A stretch of DNA of 45,513 nt, from the NCBI GenBank assembly GCA_043820455.1, contig JBDRDU010000066.1, forward strand, positions 1 to 45,513, written 5' to 3'. This stretch comes from a bacterium. Lineage in GTDB: Bacteria; Margulisbacteria; WOR-1; CAVSGV01. The stretch's first letter is position 1, and the number at the start of each line of letters is the position of its first letter. This document shows, piece after piece, positions 1 through 10,000 of this stretch. The position numbers and the translations under genes are program-made. The notes beneath the pieces are model-generated. The model was not told where the DNA came from. It did not search any database and was given only the letters and a program-made list of their open reading frames with translations.

Positions 1-1
1 T

Positions 2-3000
2 TACAAATATCAGTACAAGAAGAGCACGGATACAGTGTGGACAAGCGGCATACAGCCGGCAGGGAAGAAAGACGACACTTCGATGTCAGTACTTAACTTT
101 AAGTTGAGTGGCTTGACGGCATCGACCACATACCAGGTACAAATGAAGGCAGTGAATTCAGGAGGAGAGTCAGACTGGAGTGCCACACATGAGGTATATA
201 CGATCGAAAGTCCGTGGGTAAGTCACGCTAAAGTGACTACAAATGAGGCCTATATATTGTGGGGACCTGTCAATGGAGGCCCGGATGTACCGAATGCAAT
301 CAACTACTGGTACCAGTACAAGAAGAGCACGGATACGGTGTGGACGAGCGGCATACAGCCAGCAGGGAAGAAAGATGATACATCAATGACCACGTTGAAC
401 TTTAAGTTAAGCGGCTTGACGGCATCCACGACATATGAGGTAAGGATGATGGCTGTAAGCTTCGGATATTCAGATTTGTCGGCAACGCATGAGGTATATA
501 CGTTGGAGCGTCCATGGGTAAGCCATGCCAGAGTGACGTCAACTGAGGCATATATATTGTGGGGACCGGAGATAAGCACATCAGAGCTGAATGCGCCGAG
601 TGCCACAGGGTATGAATACAGGTACAAGAAGAGCACGGATACAAGCTGGACGAGCAATACACATCCGTTGAGCAAGAAAGATGATGGAACAATGGCGGTG
701 TTGAATTTCAAGTTGAGCGGCCTTACAGCATCGACAATATATCAGGTGCAAATGAGATCGGTCGGTTCAGGCGGATACTCAGACTGGTCAGCCACACACG
801 AAGTATACACTCTGGAAACCCCGTGGGTAAGCCATGCCAGATTGACGACAAACGAAGCATATATATTGTGGGGTCCTGTCAATGGAGGCCCGGATATATC
901 AGGTGCCACAAGTTATAAATATCAATATAAGAAAAAGACAGATACCACTTGGGCCAGCGGCACTCAACCGGCAGGCAAGAAAGATGATGTTTCCATGGCT
1001 GTGTTGAACTTCAAGCTTACTGATCTGACAGCCTCAACAATATATCAAGTACAGATGAAGTCGGTAAATGCCAATGGAGAATCCGACTGGTCGGCTACAC
1101 ATGAAGTGTATACGATTGAAAGCCCGTGGGTAAGCCATGCGAAAGTTACAACTAACGAGGCATACATATTATGGGGACCTGTAAGCGGAGGCCCTGATGT
1201 GCCTAGTGCTGCAAGTTATCAATATCAATATAAGAAGAAGACGGATACTACCTGGATAAGCGGTACTCAACCGCTTGGCAAGAAAGACGATACTGTAATG
1301 GCAACATTGAACTTCAAGTTAACTGGTTTGACCGCAGCTGCCACATATCAGGTGCAGATGAAGGCGGTAAATGCGGAAGGGGAGTCTGACTGGTCAGCTA
1401 CTCACGAAGTATATACGCTGGAACGTCCATGGGTAAGCCACGCGAATGTTACATCACAAGAGGCATATATATTGTGGGGCCCTGAAATAAGCACATCCGA
1501 ACTGAATGTGCCCAGTGCTGCAAGTTATGAGTATAGATATAAAAAGCAGGCAGATACGTCATGGACTGCCAGCACTCAGCCACTTAACAAGAAAGATGAC
1601 GGAACAATGGCCGTGTTGAACTTTAAATTGACCGGTCTGACAGCGTCAACGATATATCAAGTGCAGATGAGGTCTGTTGGTTCAAACGGATATTCCGACT
1701 GGTCAGCGACTTATGAGGTATATACGCTTGAAAGTCCGTGGGTAAGCCACTCTAAAGTGACATCCCAGGAGGCATACATACTGTGGGGCCCTGCAGGTGG
1801 GGGCCTGGATATTCCAAGTGCTACTGGCTATGAATATCAGTACAAGAAGAAGATAGATACATCCTGGAGCGTCCCGATCTATAAGCCCAGAAGTACTCAG
1901 GAAGATCAAACAATAAGCACATTGAACTTTAAACGGATCGGCCTGGAGCCGTCAACGACCTATGAAGTGCAGGTAAGAGCTGTCGGCTCAGGCGGGTACT
2001 CAGATTGGAGTGCAACCCATGAAGTATATACACTGGAAAGTCCGTGGGTGAGCCATGCCAGGGTCACAGCAACGGACGCATATATATTGTGGGGCCCTGA
2101 AAGTGGAGGCCCGGATGTGCCTAATGCCACAAGTTATGAGTATAGATATAAGAAGCAGGTAGATACGGTGTGGACCAGCGGTGCACAGCCGCTCGGCAAG
2201 AAAGATGACGGCACAATGGATGTTTTGAATTTCAAATTAACGGATATGATGACATCCATTATATATGAAGTGCAGATGAGATCGATTGGCTCAAGCGGAT
2301 ACTCTGACTGGTCGGCCACGCACGAGGTGTATACTATAGAGACCCCATGGGTGGGCCACGCAAATATATCCACCAATGAAGCGTATGTTATATGGGGTTC
2401 TGAAGCAAGTTACGAGGTTGTAGGAGCTACCGGCTACAAGGCAAAAGCAAGAGTGAAAGGCGGTGCCTGGAGCACGGTCAAGGACGTTGCACAATATCAG
2501 CAGGATGATGCCGCTTTAGTGAATTCTGATGGAACACCTCTTCTGAACATCAAGTTAAGTACTTTGATGACGGATCTTGGCATAACCCCCGCGACAGGTT
2601 CTGTGTATGAGGTCATGATGCAGGCAATAGGTTCAAGTGGCTCAAGCGAATGGAGCTCTGCGCATGAAATATACATGCTGGAAACCCCGTGGGTGGCCCA
2701 CGCGAAGATAACAACCAACGAAGCGTATGTGATATGGGGTTCCGAGGCAAGTTATGAGGTGGCGGGTGCGACCGCTTACAAGGCAAAAGCAAGAGTGAAA
2801 GACGGCATGTGGAACAGTGTCAAGGACATTACGCAATATCAGCAGGATGATGATACGTTGAATTATGCTGACGGAACACCTCTCCTGAACGTTAAATTAA
2901 GTATGTTGCTTGGGTTTTCCCCCGAAACAGATGCTACATATGAGGTGATGATACAGGCCGTGGGTTCGGCTGGCTCAAGCGAATGGTCCGCTGCGCACGA

Positions 3001-3346
3001 AATATATATGCTGGAAACCCCGTGGGTGAGCCATGCCAAAGTTACGGCCAATGACGCGTATATCTTATGGGGTTCAACGTCAAGTTTTGAGGTAATAAAC
3101 GCGGTCAATGGATACAGGGCAAAGGCAAGGATAAAAGGTGGATTGGCGTGGGATGCGATATCTGAAGCAAGTGTAGCGAGATATCGGATAGCTGATGCGA
3201 CTATGCCGTCGGTATTGAACGAGAAGTTGAGTGTACTTCTGGGAGAAACTCCCGCCAGCAACTCTATCTATGAGGTAATAATGAGATCCGTTGGATCAGC
3301 CGGCTCAAGCGAGTGGTCTGCCGCGCATGAGGTCTATGTAACGGCC
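2..3346 (+). repeat. Coding tandem repeat array with a period of about 300-342 nt. There are about 11 units, the first one partial.
   Basis: The junction sequence CC(G/A)TGGGT(A/G)(A/G)GCCA(T/C)GC, encoding PWVSHA, recurs near nt 214, 514, 820, 1123, 1426, 1735, 2041, 2344, 2686 and 3016. The last three units are a longer variant (EAYVIWGSEASYEV...). One isolated unit lies near 4207. Confidence 0.9.
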
Positions 3347-6300
3347 GGCCCTGGATGGATATCCGCTTATTCCGCGACCGCTACACAGACGATGGTTACC
3401 TGGGAAGGTGTTACGGAAATAACCTCTTATGAGGTTAAATATGGAGTAAGTCCTGAGTCTGAAACTTATACTTGGGCACCTACACCTGCTGACCAGAATT
3501 ATGGCGGCCCTATAACGGGCTTAACGAACAGGACATGGTACGAAATAAAGGTTAGGCAGCATACCGGTGCCAATGTCAGCGATTGGTCAGCCGTTGCCGG
3601 CTTCTTCACGATACCTGCCCCGACTAGCGTCATTCAGAACGGCTCAACTCTTACCACCGCGGATGTAACCTGGGAGGCTGTGGATATGGGTGGCGGGACG
3701 TTATGCACCTCTTATGAGGTAAGCTGGGGACTTACGCCGGAGGCCGTGGGAAGCGGAGAAGTCGTTACGAGCAGTGCCAATTATACGATAACAGAGTTAA
3801 CAACGGACCAAACTTATTATGTGAAAGTAAGGGCCAGAGATGATGCCAATAACGGCTGGAGCGAATGGGCTCCTTATCCGGCGCTGCAGGTTACTGCCAC
3901 GGAACACATCCTCCCTCCAGGGTGGTTGAACCATTACCTGGTCACTTCCCGCGAGGCGGTGATCAGCTGGGCGAGCGTCCTTTCAGCAGATAATTATATC
4001 ATCGAGTATAAGACAGTAAGTGAAGGGACCTGGAACAGAACGCCTGACATACCAAGCACATATAAGTATAATCCGGACGATCCTAACCCGAACTATCAGC
4101 TTACCGGACTTACATCGGATGCAACTTACGAGGTCAGAGTGATAGCAAAGGAAGGAGCCGAAGAAAGCGTGCCATCAACGGAAAATTCTTTCTTCACTCT
4201 GGAAAGACCGTGGGTAAGCCATGCTAATGTTACAGCGACGGACGCATATATATTGTGGGGTCCGGAGATAAGCACATCCGAGCTGAACATACTTAATGCT
4301 ACCGATTATGAGTATAGGTATAAAAAGCAGACTGATACAATATGGACCAGCGGCACCCAGCCCCTTGACAAAAAAGATGATGCGGCAATAGATACATTGA
4401 ACTTTGAGCTGAGCGGTCTGGATGCTTCTGTCACATACGAAGTGCAGATGAGGTCTGTCGGAAGCGGTGGCGTATCCGACTGGTCGTCCGTTGATTCTTT
4501 CGTTACCATAAAAGGCCCGTCATGGGTGGATGTGCGAGATATAGCCAATACCGATGCGCTCATATTCTGGGAGGATGTGAGCTCTCCGCAGTATGAGATC
4601 AAGTACAGCAAGGAGCCTTCAGCCGAAGGCGGGGCAGATCAGGTCGTTTCCGGTGCGACAGAGTATCATGCGACATCCCTTGATACTGCTACGACTTATT
4701 ATGTGAAAGTAAGGGCGGTGACCCCTGCCGGCGTTAGCGGCTGGTCATCGGTGAAGAGTTTCTTCACCATTTCCGGACCGTCGTGGATATCTAACTATTC
4801 TACAACGACAACGCAAACATCCTTGACCTGGGAAGGCGTCTCAGGCATAACCTCCTATGAGGTGAACTACGGCGTGAGCACAGAACCTATGTCATGGAAT
4901 TCGTGGGTCCCGACACCGCTGGATCAGAATTATGGCGGGCCTATAACAGGATTGACGGCAAGGACCTGGTATAAATTGAGAGTCAAGCAGCATACAGGCG
5001 CGAATGCAAGCGTATGGTCTGCTGTAGATGACTTTTTCACTATACCCGCTCCTGACGGTATCGCCCTTACAGGTTCAACCTTGACCACTGCGGATGTAAC
5101 ATGGGAGTCCGTGGACATGGGCGGAACGCTTTGCTCTTCTTACGAGGTAAGCTGGGGCTTGACCCCGGAAGCCGCAGGAAGCGGAAATGCCGTGACGGGC
5201 GATGTTTATTACAACATCACGGGGCTGACGGCGGGACAAACTTATTATGTAAAAGTAAGAGCTCGCGATGATGTAAATAAAGGGTGGAGCGACTGGGCGC
5301 CGTATCCGGTGCTTACTATCATTGCTACTGACCAAGCCACGGTTTATGGTGTGGATGTGGCAAGTGGATGGAAAGGAACCACTGTTCGGATAACCGGCCA
5401 GAACTTCGGCTCGACCACGGGAACGGTCTCATTCGGTGCCACCGCCGCGCAGGCCGGGTACTGGACGGACGACGAAATAGCTGTGTCCGTGCCGCCAAAT
5501 GCGGCCACTGGATCGAATAATATAACGATCATAGCAGCCGGAAACCCGGCTCAATTCGTATGCTCGAACGTGTTCAATGTTGAGGACAAAGGTTTTGTCA
5601 TGGACGACTTTGAGGGAGGAGCTTGGCAGTATTCCACCTGTGAAAGCGGCCCCGGCAATTCTGTTACTCTCACAAAGAATTACACTTTGCCTCCAGAGAG
5701 GGTGGCTTATCTCACCGCCGATTATGCGGGGACGGCCGCTTATGAGATAGCAGGAGGGGTTTCTCCTTACGGCGACCAGCCGGATGAGGATGGCTATGAT
5801 TTAAGCTCATATAACAAAATAAAACTCTGGTTCAAGGGTGACGGCTCAAGCAATGTCGCCACATTCGAGCTTATTGAAAGCAATACGTCCACAGGCAACA
5901 GCACAGAGCAATCGGAAGTATGGAGATACAGCGTGCCTATATCAATGGCAAGCACGGATTGGCAACAGATAACCATAAAACTTGCCATAGCAGGGTCCGG
6001 TAAATTTGAGCTGGATCCATGGTACACGGGGAACGGGACGCTTGATTTCAGCAAAATAAAAGCATATCAGATACTGACCGGCGGCGGGAATCCCAAATCT
6101 TTTGCCATAGACTATATTTATGCGACGACAGGAGGAGGAACGGTATCTAGTGTGTTTATTGCACGCGAGGCCGATGCGGTTGGCAGCAATATAAAAGTCA
6201 CATGGGAAGCTGATAGCGATGTGGATATTTATACTTACTCTGAAAGCGCGCCTTATTCCAATTATTATTCGGTTGATCCAGCTTCCTGGACCAAAGAATT

Positions 6301-7039
6301 CTCCGGCGTAAGCGAAACATTTCAGCTTGATAATAATCAGGTGGGGGCAGGGGCTCTCAAATATTATAAAGTGGTTCCTGTAGATGCAACATTGACCTCT
6401 GATGATTTAAAGAGCGATGTCGTGGGTAAATTTGATATTGCGGTAGGGACAGCCGATCCGCAGAAATTCTTCGTTTCAATACCTTTGGTCCCTGAAAGCA
6501 CTACCATTGAAGATGTTTTAGGGGAACAGGCTAGCGAAGGGGATGCCCTTTTACGGTTTGATATAGATAAAAATGTTACCGAGGGATCTTTGTATGGCGC
6601 TGGCACCTGGACTGATTTCCCTGGAGTCTCAAAAATCGCAGATGTTCAACCTGGTTATTCTTACGGCTACATAGCTAATGCAGAGAAATATATCACGGTT
6701 GTGGGGTCAATTAACACATTAACGAATTCCAGAAGCTTAAATGGTGGACTTGTTCCGAACTGGGTAGCTAACGCATTCCATGTTCCAGTGACTGTAACAG
6801 CTTCTGGCCTTGATTCTTCCACTGGGGGATCTGATCCCGGTACGGCCGGAACAGCTTATTACTTTGACGCCAATGCCGATCTCATAAACAGCACTTCGGG
6901 AATGGCGGTATATACTGGAAGCGGTGCCTGGGTGGATGGGACATTGACAAGTCCAGCTGCTTTGCAGCTTGTACCCGGAAAAGGATATATGTTTACAGAT
7001 CCGAACGACTTTAACTGGGATCAATCTAAGCCATATTAA
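2..7039 (+). CDS. Giant secreted/cell-surface protein, 5'-truncated by the window edge. It has a tandem array of FN3-like repeats, further FN3 modules, an IPT/TIG-like domain, a CBM/CIA30-like jelly-roll and an unassigned C-terminal region.
   Basis: The reading frame is open from nt 2 (YKYQYKKSTD...). The GTG at 35 used by the ORF track is internal. About 100-aa units recur with FN3 hallmarks: EAYILWGP, Y-x-Y-KK, LNFKL-GLT-ST-Y-VQM-A/SV---G-SDWS. Later motifs are VYGVDVASGWKGTTVRITGQNFGSTTGTVSFG (IPT/TIG-like) and FVMDDFEGG...YNKIKLWFKGDGSSN (CBM-like). Domain names come from motif recognition, not from a search. Confidence 0.85.
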   Translation, partial: YKYQYKKSTDTVWTSGIQPAGKKDDTSMSVLNFKLSGLTASTTYQVQMKAVNSGGESDWSATHEVYTIESPWVSHAKVTTNEAYILWGPVNGGPDVPNAINYWYQYKKSTDTVWTSGIQPAGKKDDTSMTTLNFKLSGLTASTTYEVRMMAVSFGYSDLSATHEVYTLERPWVSHARVTSTEAYILWGPEISTSELNAPSATGYEYRYKKSTDTSWTSNTHPLSKKDDGTMAVLNFKLSGLTASTIYQVQMRSVGSGGYSDWSATHEVYTLETPWVSHARLTTNEAYILWGPVNGGPDISGATSYKYQYKKKTDTTWASGTQPAGKKDDVSMAVLNFKLTDLTASTIYQVQMKSVNANGESDWSATHEVYTIESPWVSHAKVTTNEAYILWGPVSGGPDVPSAASYQYQYKKKTDTTWISGTQPLGKKDDTVMATLNFKLTGLTAAATYQVQMKAVNAEGESDWSATHEVYTLERPWVSHANVTSQEAYILWGPEISTSELNVPSAASYEYRYKKQADTSWTASTQPLNKKDDGTMAVLNFKLTGLTASTIYQVQMRSVGSNGYSDWSATYEVYTLESPWVSHSKVTSQEAYILWGPAGGGLDIPSATGYEYQYKKKIDTSWSVPIYKPRSTQEDQTISTLNFKRIGLEPSTTYEVQVRAVGSGGYSDWSATHEVYTLESPWVSHARVTATDAYILWGPESGGPDVPNATSYEYRYKKQVDTVWTSGAQPLGKKDDGTMDVLNFKLTDMMTSIIYEVQMRSIGSSGYSDWSATHEVYTIETPWVGHANISTNEAYVIWGSEASYEVVGATGYKAKARVKGGAWSTVKDVAQYQQDDAALVNSDGTPLLNIKLSTLMTDLGITPATGSVYEVMMQAIGSSGSSEWSSAHEIYMLETPWVAHAKITTNEAYVIWGSEASYEVAGATAYKAKARVKDGMWNSVKDITQYQQDDDTLNYADGTPLLNVKLSMLLGFSPETDATYEVMIQAVGSAGSSEWSAAHEIYMLETPWVSHAKVTANDAYILWGSTSSFEVINAVNGYRAKARIKGGLAWDAISEASVARYRIADATMPSVLNEKLSVLLGETPASNSIYEVIMRSVGSAGSSEWSAAHEVYVTAGPGWISAYSATATQTMVTWEGVTEITSYEVKYGVSPESETYTWAPTPADQNYGGPITGLTNRTWYEIKVRQHTGANVSDWSAVAGFFTIPAPTSVIQNGSTLTTADVTWEAVDMGGGTLCTSYEVSWGLTPEAVGSGEVVTSSANYTITELTTDQTYYVKVRARDDANNGWSEWAPYPALQVTATEHILPPGWLNHYLVTSREAVISWASVLSADNYIIEYKTVSEGTWNRTPDIPSTYKYNPDDPNPNYQLTGLTSDATYEVRVIAKEGAEESVPSTENSFFTLERPWVSHANVTATDAYILWGPEISTSELNILNATDYEYRYKKQTDTIWTSGTQPLDKKDDAAIDTLNFELSGLDASVTYEVQMRSVGSGGVSDWSSVDSFVTIKGPSWVDVRDIANTDALIFWEDVSSPQYEIKYSKEPSAEGGADQVVSGATEYHATSLDTATTYYVKVRAVTPAGVSGWSSVKSFFTISGPSWISNYSTTTTQTSLTWEGVSGITSYEVNYGVSTEPMSWNSWVPTPLDQNYGGPITGLTARTWYKLRVKQHTGANASVWSAVDDFFTIPAPDGIALTGSTLTTADVTWESVDMGGTLCSSYEVSWGLTPEAAGSGNAVTGDVYYNITGLTAGQTYYVKVRARDDVNKGWSDWAPYPVLTIIATDQATVYGVDVASGWKGTTVRITGQNFGSTTGTVSFGATAAQAGYWTDDEIAVSVPPNAATGSNNITIIAAGNPAQFVCSNVFNVEDKGFVMDDFEGGAWQYSTCESGPGNSVTLTKNYTLPPERVAYLTADYAGTAAYEIAGGVSPYGDQPDEDGYDLSSYNKIKLWFKGDGSSNVATFELIESNTSTGNSTEQSEVWRYSVPISMASTDWQQITIKLAIAGSGKFELDPWYTGNGTLDFSKIKAYQILTGGGNPKSFAIDYIYATTGGGTVSSVFIAREADAVGSNIKVTWEADSDVDIYTYSESAPYSNYYSVDPASWTKEFSGVSETFQLDNNQVGAGALKYYKVVPVDATLTSDDLKSDVVGKFDIAVGTADPQKFFVSIPLVPESTTIEDVLGEQASEGDALLRFDIDKNVTEGSLYGAGTWTDFPGVSKIADVQPGYSYGYIANAEKYITVVGSINTLTNSRSLNGGLVPNWVANAFHVPVTVTASGLDSSTGGSDPGTAGTAYYFDANADLINSTSGMAVYTGSGAWVDGTLTSPAALQLVPGKGYMFTDPNDFNWDQSKPY
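3347..3901 (+). repeat. Copy 1 of a 555-nt dispersed intragenic duplication encoding two FN3 modules.
   Basis: GPGWISAYSATATQTMVTWEG...QTYYVKVRARDDANNGWSEWAPYP is colinear with the segment at 4775..5329. The two segments have equal length. Confidence 0.85.
4775..5329 (+). repeat. Copy 2 of the 555-nt dispersed intragenic duplication.
   Basis: GPSWISNYSTTTTQTSLTWEG...QTYYVKVRARDDVNKGWSDWAPYP. It lies 1428 nt downstream of copy 1, in the same frame. Confidence 0.85.
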
Positions 7040-7048
7040 GGAAAAAAT

Positions 7049-7080
7049 GAAATTACCAGAAGTATTTAACGATATATATA
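7049..7080 (+). promoter_or_regulatory. Shared upstream motif, copy A (GAAATTACCAGAAGTATTTAACGATATATATA). It may be a promoter or operator for the 1734-aa surface-protein gene.
   Basis: It aligns without gaps to 12412..12443 with 22 of 32 positions identical, including the block ATTT(A/G)ACGATATATATA. It sits 12 nt upstream of the ATG at 7093. TTACCA-N16-TATATA can be read as a sigma70-like promoter. Confidence 0.4.
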
Positions 7081-7092
7081 CAGGAGATAAAG

Positions 7093-10000
7093 ATGAATAG
7101 CAAAATCAAGAATTTAGCGGGTTCTTTAGTACTATCTCTGCTATTGGTGGGGTTGTGTTCTTCTGCCGCGTGGGCGGTCGCTGCTACGGCTAAGTGCGCT
7201 TCTGTAGCCAATGGAGGGACAGATAATTTTATTTATGACAGTTCCGGTGTAGGTGCGGTTAAATTACCCGCAGGTAAATATGTCCAAATCATTCAGTCTG
7301 ATGATGCTACTGCTGGAGCTCCAAATTCATCTACAGGTGTTCCCTCCGGAGATACGGTGGTGGTTACTGGAGAGATCGGCACTCCCACTGGCTATGGAGC
7401 CGGAGAAATTGCCAAGAGCGCTAATATCACCGCCAGCAAGTATATTTATATAAGGGCATGGGATACCTGGAATGGCACCGGAACGCCTTCAGGTTATTAT
7501 GGAACTTCAACTCCCGCAAATGTTGGCTCCGGATTCGTTTATTCTTATAAGCCAGTCAGTTTTGCTACCACTACGCAGATCAATGCGCCTGCTCTTGTAA
7601 GCGCCAGCCCCAACAGCGCTTATAAAGGCAGCTCAAATTTAAATGTGGTCATAACCGGGCAGAATACTAATTTTGTCAATGGGACTTCGGTGGCTTCTTT
7701 TAGCGGCACCGGAATTACCGTTAACAGCACCACAGTTTCAAGCTCGACACAGTGCACGGTTAATATTACTATTCCAACCAGTGCTTCAACCGGTGCCAGA
7801 AACGTTACGATCACTACCGGCAGCGAGATAGCTACCGGAGCCAGCCTGTTTACGGTCAACGCTCCTTCTCTTGGTGTGCCCAGCCCGGCCAGCAAGTATC
7901 GGGGAGACACGAGCTTTAACATATCAGTTTCCGGTACGGGGACACACTTTATAAATGGAACTACAACGGCTAGCTTCGGTACAGGTATCACCGTCAACAG
8001 CGTGACAGTGACCAGCGCCACAGCTGCAACGGTCAATATCACAATGATCTCCACCAGTGCGGCTACCGGTGCCAGGGATTTTTCAATGATCACTAATCTT
8101 GGGGCCCTGGGGACCGAAACGGTAACAAAAACCGGTGGATTTACCGTTAATGCTCCTTCTCTTAGTGCGCCCAGCCCGGCCAGCGGAAATCAAAGCTGGA
8201 CAGGTAATGTTGCTGTTTCCGGTACGGGCACACACTTTATAAACGGGACCACAACGGCTAGTTTTGGGACGGGCATAACTGTCAACAGTGTGACAGTGAC
8301 CAGTGCTACTGCTGCAACAGTTAATGTTACTATTGCCGATGATGCTGCAGAGGGAGCAAGAAATGTTGTCATGACCACTAACTTGGGGGCTCCGGGAACC
8401 GAAACGGTCACAAGGACCGGTGGGTTCACCGTTAATGCTGCCTCAGTCCCGACAGTTTCCACTGTTGCGCCGGAGGCTGGACCTGCGGGGACGGCGCCTT
8501 GGACGACTTATGTGAATATTACAGGGACTAATTTCGGTTCTTCTCAAGGGACAAGCAAAGTTTACTTTGATACTACGGATGCCGGGACCGCTGAGATATG
8601 GACAGCCACCCGGATCGTTATTGCGGTCCCCGCTGCTTTATCGGCGGGAACAAGCGATATTAAGGTGACCGTGAGCGGTCAGGACAGCAATACATATGCT
8701 TTCACCGTAAGGACAGGTCAGATGATCGACAATGCCGAAAGTACTGCCATGTATGATTACTATGATTCAGGGGCCGGAGTAGATGAAGCTAATATCCCGG
8801 TGCCATCTCTTACTACCGAAGCTTATTACGAAGGGCAGAAATCCATAAAGATCCAGTATCCGGGTGCAACGGGTACCCAATGGGGCGGTTTCTTGGCTGC
8901 AGGGATCAAGTCGCCTGTTACCGATCTGGACCTGAGTTCCGCGAACATGCTCATATATCGGGTCAAGGGGGATGGCACTGCCAATACCATAAGATTGGAT
9001 CTTGCTGAATATACCATGACTGCGGGGGACACTACCGAATCATTCAGCTCATTGGATAAATTCTCACTCTCAGACAATTCAGGTTTTAAAGAGTTCAAGG
9101 TTCCTTTATCCAGGATCTGGAGGGACAAATACAGCCAGTTCAAGGGGGATAATACCTTCTCCGGGAAGATAAAAGGCTATACCTTTGTCTATGGCGGAAC
9201 TGCATCCACTGCTCAGTATCATTATGTTGATGTAGTTTCGGCTGTTTCGTGGAGCGGGCCGATAGTTGATATCATTGGCCCCAACTTTGGACAAGCAGGT
9301 ACTGTTATTACCATCGAGGGTTCTGGTTTCGGATCTACAGGAACAATTGCATTTAACGGAACGGCTGCGACTGCTACTTCCTGGAACGATACCAGGATCG
9401 TAGTGCCGGTTCCTGCGGGGGCTGCTTCCGGGCCAGTAATTGTGACTGTTTCTTCTCAGACCAGCAATGGAGTATACTTTGAAGTTACTTCCGATGTTGG
9501 GCCGACCATTACATCTCTTTCGTCTACACTCGGTCCTTCGGGAACACTGGTGACCATAGAAGGCTCCGGGTTCGGGAGTGATCCGGGAGCTATCGATAGG
9601 TCCACTGCTGCAGAACATGTTACCTTTGGCACAACGCGGGTCTCGACTTCAGAGATCACCTCGTGGAACAATACTGCCATTACGGTTAAAGTCCCTACTT
9701 TAGCGGATGGCACTTATGAAGTACAAGTAAGGGCTGGTGACAAAGAAAGCAATCTTAAGAGCTTCATAGTAGCGCCTCTGCCGGCGTCCCTTGTCAGTGC
9801 TGATCCTTCCAGCGGCTATCAAGGTGATACGAATTTAAGCGTGGTCATTACCGGGCAGAATACTAATTTTGTGAACAATGTTTCCGCAGCTACATTCAGC
9901 GGCACTGGGATCACGGTCAATAGCACCACAGTTCAAAGTTCCACTCAGTGCACAGCTAACATTACTATATCCAGCGACGCTTCAGCCGATGCCAGAGATA

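Noticed and set aside
2-3346. A regular ~300-nt periodicity that could be mistaken for a CRISPR-like or satellite array.
   Set aside because: The period is far too long. The units are contiguous with no spacers, they maintain one open reading frame, and they encode FN3-type domains.
304-7024. Numerous minus-strand ORFs of 60-135 aa inside the giant FN3 gene, for example 304..711, 2863..3261, 4306..4611 and 6737..7024.
   Set aside because: They are antisense shadows of a strongly supported long plus-strand CDS. Their translations are low-complexity or repeat mirror images with no recognisable motifs, and their periodicity simply follows the FN3 repeat.
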